Position numbers and translations under genes: made by a program. Shown piece after piece: positions 9,558 to 19,566 of a stretch of 64,000 nucleotides of DNA. Numbering within the stretch: the stretch's first letter is position 1; each line of letters opens with the position of its first letter. Where the stretch lies: the IMG/VR virus record IMGVR_UViG_3300032285_004054, positions 124,001 to 188,000 of that record; one strand, written 5' to 3'. The notes under the pieces were generated by a model. The model was not told the DNA's origin. It saw only the letters and a program-made list of their open reading frames with translations, and did not search any database.

Positions 9558-10475
9558 ATGTTTCAAGGTCTATTTGTAGAGAAATATCGTCCTAAGACTT
9601 TAGAAGAGCTTGTCCTGTCAAAGGACGAGCACGACTTTTTTAAGTCTTTAAAAGAAAGAGAAGAGATACCTAATTTGCTCTTTGCAGGTTCTCCGGGTAC
9701 AGGTAAGACCTCTCTATCGAAGATCATTGTTAATGATATACTTGATTGTCAGTATTTGTATATTAACGCTTCTGACGAAAACGGTATTGATACAATTCGT
9801 ACAAAAGTAATTAGCTTTGCACAAACTAAGTCCCTCGACGGTAAGCTTAAGGTTATTCTATTTGACGAGTGTGATGCTTTAACTCTTGATTCACAGAAAG
9901 CTCTTCGTAATGTAATTGAAGAGTATCCAGATAATACTCGTTTTATTTTTACGTGTAACTATCTGTTTAAGATTATACCTGCACTTCAATCCCGTTGTCA
10001 GATTTTTAATCTTATACCTCCATTTAACGGTATTCTCGGTAGAGTTGTACACGTTTTAAAAGATCAGGACATAACAGTACCTGAAGAGGAGAAGCCAAAG
10101 CTTATTGAGTATGTGCGTCGTAATGCTCCTGATCTTCGTCGTATTATCAATGACGTACAGAAGTTTTCTTACTCAGGTACATTATACATTAAAACAAATA
10201 GCTCTAAGAATGTAGCTGAAAAGATTGTTGATGACTTATTGATTAAGAAAGTTGATCTAACAGATATTAGAAAATATACTATCGAACACGAACAGGATTT
10301 TTCTGGTGATTATCTTCAACTACTAAAAGAGATGTTTGAAGCAGTTTATAATCATACTACAATCAACGATAAATCTTCTATACTTCTGAATATATCAGAA
10401 GCTATGTATAGAGATTCTATTGTAGTAGATAAAGAGATAAACTGGTTTAGCAGCTGTTTAAAGATTAGATCTTAA
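9558..10475 (+). CDS. gp44: Sliding-clamp loader AAA+ subunit (gp44/RFC-like)
   Basis: VEKYRPKTL, GSPGTGKT, INASDENGID, ILFDECD, ALQSRC. Confidence 0.95.
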   Translation: MFQGLFVEKYRPKTLEELVLSKDEHDFFKSLKEREEIPNLLFAGSPGTGKTSLSKIIVNDILDCQYLYINASDENGIDTIRTKVISFAQTKSLDGKLKVILFDECDALTLDSQKALRNVIEEYPDNTRFIFTCNYLFKIIPALQSRCQIFNLIPPFNGILGRVVHVLKDQDITVPEEEKPKLIEYVRRNAPDLRRIINDVQKFSYSGTLYIKTNSSKNVAEKIVDDLLIKKVDLTDIRKYTIEHEQDFSGDYLQLLKEMFEAVYNHTTINDKSSILLNISEAMYRDSIVVDKEINWFSSCLKIRS

Positions 10476-10714
10476 CGACCACAACACTTTCTAGGTGGAG
10501 CAGCAGGAATTTGGGATACACTTATATTAGGTGTAGCAGCTTGAGGCTGGGATATCTGCTGATTATTCTTTAATAGATATGTACTAACGTCAGACATTGC
10601 TTCCTGCTGTGTGGGGTAAGACTGAGAACGATATAATAAAGCGTTATTACCTGAACGATATACAACGCCCTGATATTGCCCGTTTACGTATTCTAGTGAT
10701 GTAAAGAAGTTCAT
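10472..10714 (-). CDS. Hypothetical protein (80 aa)
   Basis: Co-oriented with the baseplate operon and overlaps the hub gene stop; ends PRKCCGR. Confidence 0.6.
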   Translation of the reverse strand: MNFFTSLEYVNGQYQGVVYRSGNNALLYRSQSYPTQQEAMSDVSTYLLKNNQQISQPQAATPNISVSQIPAAPPRKCCGR

Positions 10715-12429
10715 AGTGTTTTAGGAAATTTAATCGTTGTAAAGTAGCGATGCAACTTGATTGCTGTTATTTCATTTAAGTATTGTGTACCTTGAAATAT
10801 ATGTCTTATATTTATAATAAACCATTGACCGCAAAACTTATCGTCGAAAGCGTCATTTAGACTGCCTTGTACTCTATCAATACCTATAAAGCGACCTGTT
10901 ACTCGAGACGTAAGACCAGGTACAGTAAAGACGATACAAGCATTTTGAAATATACCTAACTGTAGTAGTTTTTGTACACCGTCAGCTTCTCTTAATATTT
11001 TGTTTTGACCGTAGAGTGAGAAAATAGGATTAATATTTTTATCTTTTTTATTCTCCGCAATCGTTATTTGAAAATTATTAGGTGAACCGTCTTTTGTTAG
11101 TACTTGCTTAACATATTGCTCACCTATAAAAGTTTTTGCATCTGTAACAGTATTAGTTTTAAACTCAATATTAAATTCTCTTTTTGATAAATCATAGGAA
11201 TAAACCGGTCTACTAACAAATGTGTTAGCGTTTATCATAGGGGATACCTCAACATATTCGTATGAACGAATATAACTATAATCTACAAGTGTTTTATCTT
11301 TACCTACAATCTTACCTGAATCTTTTCTTGGAGCTCTAAACTTACCTGTCTTAGGTTTTTTACCTTTAGCTTCTATATTGTCGTTAAAGTCCTGTATAAA
11401 AAAGTGCTCAATTTGAAACTCACCAGGGTTCTCAGGGTCTTTACCGGCTTGACTAAAGTACTTTGACATCGGTCTTAATGTAAAGACACCTTTGTCACCG
11501 AATTTAGGTCCGCGTTCAATACTTAAAATACAAAAATCATTAACATCTTTTGATTTTATAGCACTTACATGTCTCTTATAAGCATACATTAACAGATCAT
11601 ATGCTGTAGTAGCAGTAGGAGCGGTTAAAAACAATGAGGAAGCTCCATCGTCCCAATCGTCCTGATTAGTTGTTATTTTGTTTATGCTTTCGTCTGTTAA
11701 AGTTTGTTGAATAACTTCTTTTATTATTTTACCAGTAGATAAACTTCTTGCATAATCAGGAGTATCTGCATTTACGTCAGGGTTACTTTTTGATGTAGCA
11801 GTTGAATACTGAATCGTATTTGTTGAAAGTTCATGATAACGAAAATCTCTAAAATATAATTTTTTACACTTTAAAGAAGCACTTGCTGCACCTGTTGCAC
11901 CCGGTGGTTTAGGTAAATCTTCAATATTATAAATTGAAAACAAATAGTTTAATTCCCAATCTTTTTGTTTTAAATCAGGGAGTGGTTGACCTGTTGTAGG
12001 ATCGACTGAACGGTCACCGACAACAGATACTGGATATATCTGTACGTTTATTGTATCGTACCCGTCGTTTCTAAATGTAAAGATTTTATCTAGAACATCA
12101 TGCTTGTAAGTAAAAGTTAGCGTACCTTTTGTAACCCAATCAGCAAGAGACTCTTCAATTGTAAAGTCTATAATTGAATTAGGCGCTAAACTAAAAGTTT
12201 GAGACGCTATAAAATTACTAATTGATATTTGTACGGAATATAATTTTGTATTATAACTATAATTCTGTTTTGGTGTTTCGGTATTAGCAAGTGGGCCGCC
12301 TGGTGAATTAGCTGGTAGACCGTTATCCGTTGACGATTGATTGTAGTCGTACGGCTTTCGAACATCAGGTGTATTACTCAAAGCAGCTTGAGCAGGATGT
12401 AATACGTTATATAAATTAGGTGTAGCCAT
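10711..12429 (-). CDS. Putative baseplate hub protein (gp27-like)
   Basis: IIDFTIEESLADWVTKGTLTF start and VPGLTSRVTG...GQWFIINIRHIF...EITAIK end resemble gp27/gpD hub folds; position beside gp53-like and tube-initiator genes. Confidence 0.6.
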   Translation of the reverse strand: MATPNLYNVLHPAQAALSNTPDVRKPYDYNQSSTDNGLPANSPGGPLANTETPKQNYSYNTKLYSVQISISNFIASQTFSLAPNSIIDFTIEESLADWVTKGTLTFTYKHDVLDKIFTFRNDGYDTINVQIYPVSVVGDRSVDPTTGQPLPDLKQKDWELNYLFSIYNIEDLPKPPGATGAASASLKCKKLYFRDFRYHELSTNTIQYSTATSKSNPDVNADTPDYARSLSTGKIIKEVIQQTLTDESINKITTNQDDWDDGASSLFLTAPTATTAYDLLMYAYKRHVSAIKSKDVNDFCILSIERGPKFGDKGVFTLRPMSKYFSQAGKDPENPGEFQIEHFFIQDFNDNIEAKGKKPKTGKFRAPRKDSGKIVGKDKTLVDYSYIRSYEYVEVSPMINANTFVSRPVYSYDLSKREFNIEFKTNTVTDAKTFIGEQYVKQVLTKDGSPNNFQITIAENKKDKNINPIFSLYGQNKILREADGVQKLLQLGIFQNACIVFTVPGLTSRVTGRFIGIDRVQGSLNDAFDDKFCGQWFIINIRHIFQGTQYLNEITAIKLHRYFTTIKFPKTL

Positions 12430-12432
12430 TTA

Positions 12433-12771
12433 TTATATCTGATTAAGAATACTTCTTAATACGCTGGGTGTTGGTATTTTTAATACATCATTCGGCATTA
12501 GTTGCTTTGTCGGGTCAATAATTTTGTTTATGTTTGCTATTACCCACCAGAGATGTATATCTCCTAATGTTTTATACGAAACGTACGGTAATGTATCACC
12601 GTAAACTACAGTATATTTTGTAAAAAAGGATTCAGGTAAATTACTAGGTATTACTACACTTTGTAATAGATTGTAATAATATCTATTATTTTCGTCTTTA
12701 TAGACGTTAAAGATATTTTCATAGTTCTCCTGATTAAGAAGAGGTAAATCTGTAATTTGATTCTGATCCAT
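12433..12771 (-). CDS. gp53: LysM-like baseplate wedge protein (gp53/tail X-like)
   Basis: YTVVYGDTLPYVSYKTLGDIHLWWVIANINKIIDP...LKIP. Confidence 0.8.
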   Translation of the reverse strand: MDQNQITDLPLLNQENYENIFNVYKDENNRYYYNLLQSVVIPSNLPESFFTKYTVVYGDTLPYVSYKTLGDIHLWWVIANINKIIDPTKQLMPNDVLKIPTPSVLRSILNQI

Positions 12772-12779
12772 ATGTTATA

Positions 12780-13964
12780 TTAAAAAGAAGAGCCTCCTCC
12801 ACCACCTCCGAATTCGCCTCCACCGCCTTGAACTCCTCCGGGACTATTAATATTCTGTACGTTAGGGCTACTCGGAACTGTACCAGGATTTGAACCAGAT
12901 CCGGAGCCTGTACCTGATGTTGAGCCAGGTTTTTTAGAAGCTGTGACTTGGGGGTTACCTACAACGTTAAATAAATTTTTACTATTGACTAACATATCTT
13001 GTAGGGTTATATTAACAATATAAGCATCAGGTATATTGTAATCTGCACTACCGTTACCTAGCCAATCAAATTTCATTGAACGTATATTGCCTGCATGTGT
13101 AATTTTTAAATTACTTACGTAGGAGGCTTTACTATAATGTACACCCGGAACAACTACCTCATAAAATACTGGAGGTGTGTTTGTAAAATATGTTCTCTTA
13201 TTAAAGAGATTTTGATAGGTTAGTAGGTAACATAACTCCCAGTTCTTTTGTATTATATCACTATAATTTTGTTCTTTACCGGTTACTATAGTGTTGTATA
13301 ATGGGAAAGAAATAGATAACGATCTTGCTTCACCGTTAACCCACAGCTTAGGTTTGTCTATAGCTTTTGCAGACGGGGATGTTGCCTTAAAAGCAAGATC
13401 TTTTACAAGCCCCATTTTATCTGAAGCTTGACCGATAGCTTTTCCTCCAAGGTTCATCAATCTGCCTAACTTACCTCCTCTTCTAGAACCTAATCCTTCT
13501 AATGCTCCAGCACCTTCTTTAATAAGCCCTCCTACTAAACCTTCATCGCTTACTTCTTGCCAAGTATTTGTTGTAGAGTACGCAGTATTATCAAAATACG
13601 GAAATGTATATGAAAAATTTGTAGGATTATCGTGATCATATAATTTATCGTACGGTGAACTACTTACACCATCAGTAGCTGCTGCAGCTAAACCTTTAGG
13701 TAGTGCTAAAGACGTGGTAGCTTCTGCTCTCATTTGACTTTCAAGATAAAGATATTCTTTCATCCATACATAAGGTACTTCGTCTAGAGCAGGAGATGAA
13801 GGTGGTGTAAGTGTCCAGGGCCACCCTGTTACAACATTAATATCGCCTCCATAGGATCCTGGCTCTAACTGACCACCAGCGCCTAATTTATCATGACCGC
13901 TAGTTGTACTGCCAGGGTTATCGCGTGTTCCTTTTGCGTTGTATGTAAAGAGTTTAGTAGCCAT
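12780..13964 (-). CDS. Baseplate tail-tube cap/initiator (gp48/gp54-like)
   Basis: Tube-fold-like C-terminal half (ARSLSISFPLYN...PPVFYEVVVPG...YVSNLKIT...PDAYIVNITLQD); Gly-rich ends; gene order. Confidence 0.55.
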   Translation of the reverse strand: MATKLFTYNAKGTRDNPGSTTSGHDKLGAGGQLEPGSYGGDINVVTGWPWTLTPPSSPALDEVPYVWMKEYLYLESQMRAEATTSLALPKGLAAAATDGVSSSPYDKLYDHDNPTNFSYTFPYFDNTAYSTTNTWQEVSDEGLVGGLIKEGAGALEGLGSRRGGKLGRLMNLGGKAIGQASDKMGLVKDLAFKATSPSAKAIDKPKLWVNGEARSLSISFPLYNTIVTGKEQNYSDIIQKNWELCYLLTYQNLFNKRTYFTNTPPVFYEVVVPGVHYSKASYVSNLKITHAGNIRSMKFDWLGNGSADYNIPDAYIVNITLQDMLVNSKNLFNVVGNPQVTASKKPGSTSGTGSGSGSNPGTVPSSPNVQNINSPGGVQGGGGEFGGGGGGSSF

Positions 13965-13980
13965 TTATCGTATATAGTAT

Positions 13981-16212
13981 TTATCCTTCGTAAAAGGCGT
14001 TTAGAAATTCTGTTCTTTTTTGAGCTACGGCGCTGTTAAAATTACGTGCAAAATCTACAGGAGAAGGACCTGAGTCAGGAGAAGCATTAATATTAATAGT
14101 TTGGTCGTCAGGCGGAGATGGCATTCCTTGACTATTAGCAATCGCTTTAGCTAATGATTGCATATTCATGCTAAGTTCTTTAACAGCACCGTAAGTATTT
14201 TTAGTATTCTCAGCTATTTCACTAGATTTGTCGTCACTATTTGCTGCAGTTTGCGTTTTTTCTTTAATAGAGGGTTCAACTATAGGTTCAGGTTTCTTTG
14301 ATTTAAATTCATTCTTTATATAATCAGGTGAATTTACATTCTCAGACGCTTTTTCAATCTGAGATTTAAGAGATGATGTTTTGTCGTGTAGCTCTGCTGT
14401 TGTTTTAGCTAATTGCTGCTCATCAGTTAAAACCGGTTTAGATGGTTCAGCTTTAGCTGTCTCGGGTTTGATACTTTCAGCTTTAGCTGTCTCGGGTTTG
14501 ATACTTTCAGCTTTAGCTGTCTCGGGGGTAGAAACCGGTTCAATTTTACCCTCCTTTAATGTACCTTCTGTCTGATTATTATTTTTTAACTGATTTTCAG
14601 CAGACATTGATTTTACTTTTTGCTGTGCAGTTAAAAGAGCTGTAGCTTTACCCAAAGGAGCTGTTTCTAGATTTTTAGTTATTTCTTTTTGTTGTTCAGG
14701 GTTAAGTTGTTTCCAATTTTCTGGATTAATGCCTTTTGGTGCTTCAGCAGGTTTTACTGTCTCAGGTGTTTTCTTATCGGTAGTTTCTGTTTTAGCCTCT
14801 TCCCCTTGTTTACCAGGTTCGGGATGTGTTGCTTTATATATATCTCTACCTGCTAAAGCTGCGTCAATACCTATACTAGCAGCAGTACCTGCACCTGGTA
14901 ACGTACTTGCAGCACCTGAAGCAACTTCAAGACCTGCCCCGGTCCAATCCCCTTCAAGAGCTCTTTGTGCACCGAAACCTAATCCCGCTACTAAACCTAT
15001 ACCAGGTATTTTTTTAAGTACACTTTTACCTAAAGCTTTTGCACCTGCTTTTTCAGCTACTTTGATACCTTCTTTTTCAGCTACTTTGATACCTTCTTTT
15101 TCAGCTACTTTAACACCTTCTTTTTCAGCAACTTTTTCAGCTGTTTTTGCACCTTCTTTTTCAAGAGCTTTTGCTCCTTCTTTTTCAGCAACTTTTTCAG
15201 CTGTTTTTGCACCTTCTTTTTCAAGAGCTTTTGCTCCTTCTTTTTCAGCAACTTTTTCAGCTTCCTTTTCGGCTGCTTTCTCGGCTTCCTTTTCGGCTGC
15301 TTTTTCAGCAGTTTTTCCTTTATTCTTAAAATGGTCCCATAGCTCTCCTAAACCACCTAATATACCTGCTCCTGCAAGAGCTGCAGCTGCGTTGTTATTA
15401 TCTTTTTTATCTTCGGTAGGTTTTTTATTATTATCTGTTTTATTAAACCAATTTTTTAAAAGCTCTAAAATACTATGCGTGTCTTTTGCTTCTTGATCTT
15501 CGTCCTTTTCAAGCTGACTTTCTTTTGAAATAAAAGATGTCTCCCCGGGTTGTAGTGTTGTTGTAGTAGCAGGTGCTCCCGGGGGATTACTATTGGTATC
15601 CTTTGGCTGTTGTAGAATTGATGATGCTTTTGGATCAATTACCGTAGCTACTTTAATTGTAAATTCATTTAATCTGTTAATTAACTTATCAATTGATTCT
15701 TTAGATGCTTTTTCGAAGCCTACTTCATTTTTACGTTCAACAAAATCTTTAACTTTATTAGTAGCTTTTTCACCAGCTTGTTTACCTAAACCGGTAATCT
15801 CTTTTCCAAAATCAATAATAGCATCTACACCGAAATGCTTTGCTAAGTTAAACTTTTCTCCGTCTTCTTTTTTATCGCCATGCTCTTTCTTATCAGTATC
15901 TTCTTTCTTTGCTTTATCTGAAACATCTGATTGTACTGATACAGGTACTGCAGGGGTTGGTGTAACTTCTTTTTTAGTCGGTAAAACTAGTTGTACATTA
16001 TCTAAACCTGTATTGTCTTTTTTTGCTAAGGAAGGCTGAGATGGAATAGCGTTTCTTTTTAAATCAAAAATCTTTGAGATATTACCTACAAATTGTTCTA
16101 ACAATCCTTGAGATTTTACAATAGGTTCCTTATAGGTCTCAACAGTAGGAGAACTCTTTAAATCAGGAGAAGACAGTACATCCTGTACAGGTTTTTCCGG
16201 AGTTTCAGCCAT
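13981..16212 (-). CDS. Tail length determinant / tape-measure-like protein (gp29-like)
   Basis: 743 aa, low complexity, EKEGAK repeats, KKIPGIGLVAGLGFGAQRALEGDWTGAGLEVASG motif typical of T4-like tail-length proteins; gene order. Confidence 0.65.
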   Translation of the reverse strand: MAETPEKPVQDVLSSPDLKSSPTVETYKEPIVKSQGLLEQFVGNISKIFDLKRNAIPSQPSLAKKDNTGLDNVQLVLPTKKEVTPTPAVPVSVQSDVSDKAKKEDTDKKEHGDKKEDGEKFNLAKHFGVDAIIDFGKEITGLGKQAGEKATNKVKDFVERKNEVGFEKASKESIDKLINRLNEFTIKVATVIDPKASSILQQPKDTNSNPPGAPATTTTLQPGETSFISKESQLEKDEDQEAKDTHSILELLKNWFNKTDNNKKPTEDKKDNNNAAAALAGAGILGGLGELWDHFKNKGKTAEKAAEKEAEKAAEKEAEKVAEKEGAKALEKEGAKTAEKVAEKEGAKALEKEGAKTAEKVAEKEGVKVAEKEGIKVAEKEGIKVAEKAGAKALGKSVLKKIPGIGLVAGLGFGAQRALEGDWTGAGLEVASGAASTLPGAGTAASIGIDAALAGRDIYKATHPEPGKQGEEAKTETTDKKTPETVKPAEAPKGINPENWKQLNPEQQKEITKNLETAPLGKATALLTAQQKVKSMSAENQLKNNNQTEGTLKEGKIEPVSTPETAKAESIKPETAKAESIKPETAKAEPSKPVLTDEQQLAKTTAELHDKTSSLKSQIEKASENVNSPDYIKNEFKSKKPEPIVEPSIKEKTQTAANSDDKSSEIAENTKNTYGAVKELSMNMQSLAKAIANSQGMPSPPDDQTININASPDSGPSPVDFARNFNSAVAQKRTEFLNAFYEG
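14446..14526. repeat. 30-bp coding tandem repeat (about 2.7 copies; PETAKAESIK)
   Basis: TTCAGCTTTAGCTGTCTCGGGTTTGATACT repeated. Confidence 0.9.
15045..15310. repeat. Nested 12/24/60-bp coding tandem repeats (AEKE / KVAEKEGI / KEGAKALEKEGAKTAEKVAE)
   Basis: Repeated TTTTTCAGC...CCTTC units, visible in both DNA and translation. Confidence 0.88.
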
Positions 16213-16231
16213 ATATATTATTTAAACTACA

Positions 16232-16963
16232 TTACGTAGTAAATAACCTTAGGTCATAATCGATTTTACTGTTTTCGTCTATCGTTAAAAGCTTAGTCTT
16301 TATCTGCTTAATGCTATCAATATATGAAATAACTCTATTTAAAATACTTACAGGTAATGTTGAGATTGTAGGTATCCAGTTTTCTTTATTATTTTCCTGA
16401 GTATATGTATTAGCATCAACAACTATACTATCTATATACTTTGATAACTCAGCAACAAAAATAATATTTAAAATACTCTTTAGAGCTTCAACGTCAGTAA
16501 CTTCTTGATCCAAGGTATTACAGGAATAACTAATATAATTTTCTTCTGTTAAAAGATTCGGTACCTTACAAACTACCTTAATACCTCCTTCTTCTATCTC
16601 TAAAAGATCTGGATGATTTAGTGCTTTTATTTCATCAATTTTTGAAGATATATCCTTATCGTTATAGGTAGATGATATATCATTAATTCTTATTTTTAAT
16701 GCAATACAAAGTTTGTCTAGTTCTGTTAAGGTATTAACATCAAAATTATCTGTGATTATATTTTTACGTATAGTGTTTGTTAGTTCTTGCTGAAAACCTA
16801 AATCAAAATACGAATTTTTTGCTACGGTATCTACAAAATCACTAAATTGTGCAATAATAAGAGGTTTAAATTTTAAATTTGACTTAATAGATGGAACATA
16901 TACCTCATACGCCCTCGAAGCGTTTATTTCATTTAGTGTATCAATTAAATTATTTGTTTCCAT
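16232..16963 (-). CDS. Baseplate hub assembly protein (gp26-like)
   Basis: YEVYVPSIKSNLKFKPL...ELDKLCIALKIR pattern; gene order. Confidence 0.6.
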   Translation of the reverse strand: METNNLIDTLNEINASRAYEVYVPSIKSNLKFKPLIIAQFSDFVDTVAKNSYFDLGFQQELTNTIRKNIITDNFDVNTLTELDKLCIALKIRINDISSTYNDKDISSKIDEIKALNHPDLLEIEEGGIKVVCKVPNLLTEENYISYSCNTLDQEVTDVEALKSILNIIFVAELSKYIDSIVVDANTYTQENNKENWIPTISTLPVSILNRVISYIDSIKQIKTKLLTIDENSKIDYDLRLFTT

Positions 16964-16974
16964 GTTAATATATA

Positions 16975-17847
16975 TTATATTGTCGGGAAACTTGCAAATT
17001 GTTCGTCTCCGGTATCAGTTTGTTCTTCAGAGGGTGAACTCTCTTTTATACTAGCTTCAAGATTTTTAGCAAAAATTTTAAATTCACCTGGTGTACAGTT
17101 TTCTAAATACTCTAAAGAAATATTAGCGTATTTTGCTAGATAAAACATATCACTATAAAATACACTTAAATCATCTCCGAATAGAAGTTGTATTAAAAAA
17201 TACTGTTCATCTAATTTTATATCGTAAGGTATACAAAACTGCTCAACATTAGTCTTAAAAAAGAAAATATCTTTTAATATTTTAGCAATTTCTTTTTCGT
17301 AATTTCTAATATTTGTTAAAGCAGATGGTGTTAGTATTTTAACAATTTGTAAAATATCATCTGATGTGGTAAACACATTATCGTTAATAGTAATTTTTTT
17401 AATAAAAAATGTGTAACTAGATGTATCTTCAATTATTTTTTTATAGTTCGGCAAACCAACAGTCAAAGCAATACCACCGTCAAAAAATAATGTATCTTTA
17501 TTTGTTAATAGCTTAGATAAGCTTTCTAATGTATTATATAAATTAACAGACAAGTTTGTTTTTTTATCGCTATCTTTATTAGACATAATAAGTGGTAGAT
17601 AACCGCTTACATTGATAGCTCTTATATAGATTAAAAGAATAAAATACTCTACAAAATTTAAGTTATTAACTTCATCTAAGGTAAGATTAGTAATCTTACT
17701 AATAACGTTATTTAAATTATTTAAAACTTCTAAATCAAATGTATCACTAAGTAATGCTTTAAGAATTACTTTATAAAGTCTAACAGGTAATTCATAGCAG
17801 TATATATCCTTTTCTATAAAAGGAACTTTACTGATATATTTTTCCAT
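16975..17847 (-). CDS. Baseplate hub assembly protein (gp26-like with gp51-like C-terminus)
   Basis: FVEYFILLIYIRAINV (gp26-like) plus C-terminal LAKYANISLEYLENCTPGEFKIFAKNL (gp51-like). Confidence 0.6.
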   Translation of the reverse strand: MEKYISKVPFIEKDIYCYELPVRLYKVILKALLSDTFDLEVLNNLNNVISKITNLTLDEVNNLNFVEYFILLIYIRAINVSGYLPLIMSNKDSDKKTNLSVNLYNTLESLSKLLTNKDTLFFDGGIALTVGLPNYKKIIEDTSSYTFFIKKITINDNVFTTSDDILQIVKILTPSALTNIRNYEKEIAKILKDIFFFKTNVEQFCIPYDIKLDEQYFLIQLLFGDDLSVFYSDMFYLAKYANISLEYLENCTPGEFKIFAKNLEASIKESSPSEEQTDTGDEQFASFPTI

Positions 17848-17863
17848 TTTCTATTTATTAGAA

Positions 17864-19519
17864 CTACTTTGAAGATGCTAGAAAAGCGTTCTTACTCGAA
17901 TCAATTGTGTAGTAATAATATGTAAATGTAGCATTCTTTCTTATAGCTTGAGTATAAGGAGCGTATGTAAACTCGTGACCATCAACAGAAACAGGACAAG
18001 CACCGTAAAATGTTATTGTTTCTAAAATAGTAGGAGGGTTATCTTTTGTTGTGATACCTAATTTATAAAGAACCATATTTGTTCTATACGTCTGTTCAGG
18101 TGGACGAGCAATTAACCCTAAATGGCTTGTCATTATTACCCAAGGTCTAATAACATTATCAACGAAATCGACATTTGTCTCAAGAAATGATACTGTTACT
18201 TGTTGAGGGTCATTTCTACCTAAACCAATGTAGCTACGTATTAAACCGTTTCTCTGTACACCTTCACCTTGAAGTGTCATACTTTCGTTAGGTAATAGTA
18301 TACTCTGGGCAAACATACAACAAACTTTATTATAGTTATCACTAGCAACTGTATCAAATGCTTTATCTATCTGCCAGTTATTGCTATTGGGTTCGTATTT
18401 ATTAACCTGTTTAATAACCGACGGAATACCGTTTATATAATATGAATTGGATTTACCGCTTGTATCGTCACTATTACCACTCCACACAAGTACCCATTGA
18501 GCTCCCTTAGGCAACGTACCTGCTGGAGAAGTTAATACATTTTGAAAAAACGTTGGTACTAAACCTTTATATGCTTCACTTGTATTACTCGTGTTAATTT
18601 TTTTATCACTAACTTGAGGTGTGTTGTTATCGGTTAGTTGTAATTGGTTATTGGGTTTGGCTGAAGACGTCTTTTTTTCAGTAAAACTAATATCTTTATT
18701 TTGAGTAGCGTCTGTAGGTGGTACATTAGTACCAGTTAAAGATATTTGTGAAGTAGGTATACTTGCAGTTGGTATTTCACCGTTAGTTACCGGTGTAATA
18801 TCATTTAATTTATTAGGCGGTATACTTGCAGATGTAATACCAGGTGGTACCGTTTCGGTGGCCGAGGCTGTAGAGGGTACAACGTTACCATGTAAAGGTG
18901 TACTATTATTAACAGGTCGTTTAGCCTCTAAATAGGTACTGGACTGAAAGGATGTTGTTGAGGTTGTAGCTGGAGCTAATTGTAAAGACTTTGTTACAAA
19001 AGAATCAGGAGTAACAGCACTTCCTCCAATTACAGGTGGTTTAGTGTCTATTAATGTCTGCTGTGCATTTTGAATAACTACCGGCGGAACAGGGGTAGTG
19101 GGTATATTACTTGTAAATAATATATCGTTAGGGGTTACCGGTATTAAATTTAACGCAATATTGTTTCTTGCGATTTCGTACGAATTAGGTAGCGGTAGGT
19201 TGGTAGTTTCTATTTTATCAGATAAATTACCTACCGGTGGTGTACCTACATACTGTAATGGTGTTTTTGAGTGCTGTACCCCTATTTCGTTAATAGCGGG
19301 GTTTAATATACTCGGCGGAGTAGACGTATAATACGCTGAAGATGTTCCCTGAATGTCAGGAGGGGTAACTTTCTGAACAGGTAGCGGTATACCGGTAATT
19401 AAAAGGTCTGGTACCACAACAGGTGGTACGTTAAACTCGTCTGTTACCGGTACGTCTTTCTTAGTCTGAGTACTAAGAAAGTTAGGATCAATAATATTGA
19501 TTGACGGATCTACTGACAT
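17864..19519 (-). CDS. Tail-tube-like protein (gp54/gp19-like domain) with long Pro/Thr/Ser-rich N-terminus
   Basis: C-terminal ~220 aa: FAQSILLPNES...QVTVSFLET...IRPWV...ITFYGACPVSVDGHEFTY; TATAAATA at 19532-19539. Confidence 0.6.
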   Translation of the reverse strand: MSVDPSINIIDPNFLSTQTKKDVPVTDEFNVPPVVVPDLLITGIPLPVQKVTPPDIQGTSSAYYTSTPPSILNPAINEIGVQHSKTPLQYVGTPPVGNLSDKIETTNLPLPNSYEIARNNIALNLIPVTPNDILFTSNIPTTPVPPVVIQNAQQTLIDTKPPVIGGSAVTPDSFVTKSLQLAPATTSTTSFQSSTYLEAKRPVNNSTPLHGNVVPSTASATETVPPGITSASIPPNKLNDITPVTNGEIPTASIPTSQISLTGTNVPPTDATQNKDISFTEKKTSSAKPNNQLQLTDNNTPQVSDKKINTSNTSEAYKGLVPTFFQNVLTSPAGTLPKGAQWVLVWSGNSDDTSGKSNSYYINGIPSVIKQVNKYEPNSNNWQIDKAFDTVASDNYNKVCCMFAQSILLPNESMTLQGEGVQRNGLIRSYIGLGRNDPQQVTVSFLETNVDFVDNVIRPWVIMTSHLGLIARPPEQTYRTNMVLYKLGITTKDNPPTILETITFYGACPVSVDGHEFTYAPYTQAIRKNATFTYYYYTIDSSKNAFLASSK

Positions 19520-19566
19520 GATATGTAATAATATTTATATTACATATCCTATGTAATACCTATCAA

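Noticed and set aside
14446-15310. Repeats as a possible CRISPR array
   Set aside because: No unique spacers; units are in-frame coding repeats.
14381-16039. Plus-strand ORFs of 255, 148, 64 and 60 aa
   Set aside because: Antisense shadows of the repetitive tape-measure-like gene; their Phe/Ser/Leu repeats mirror its Lys/Glu/Ala repeats.
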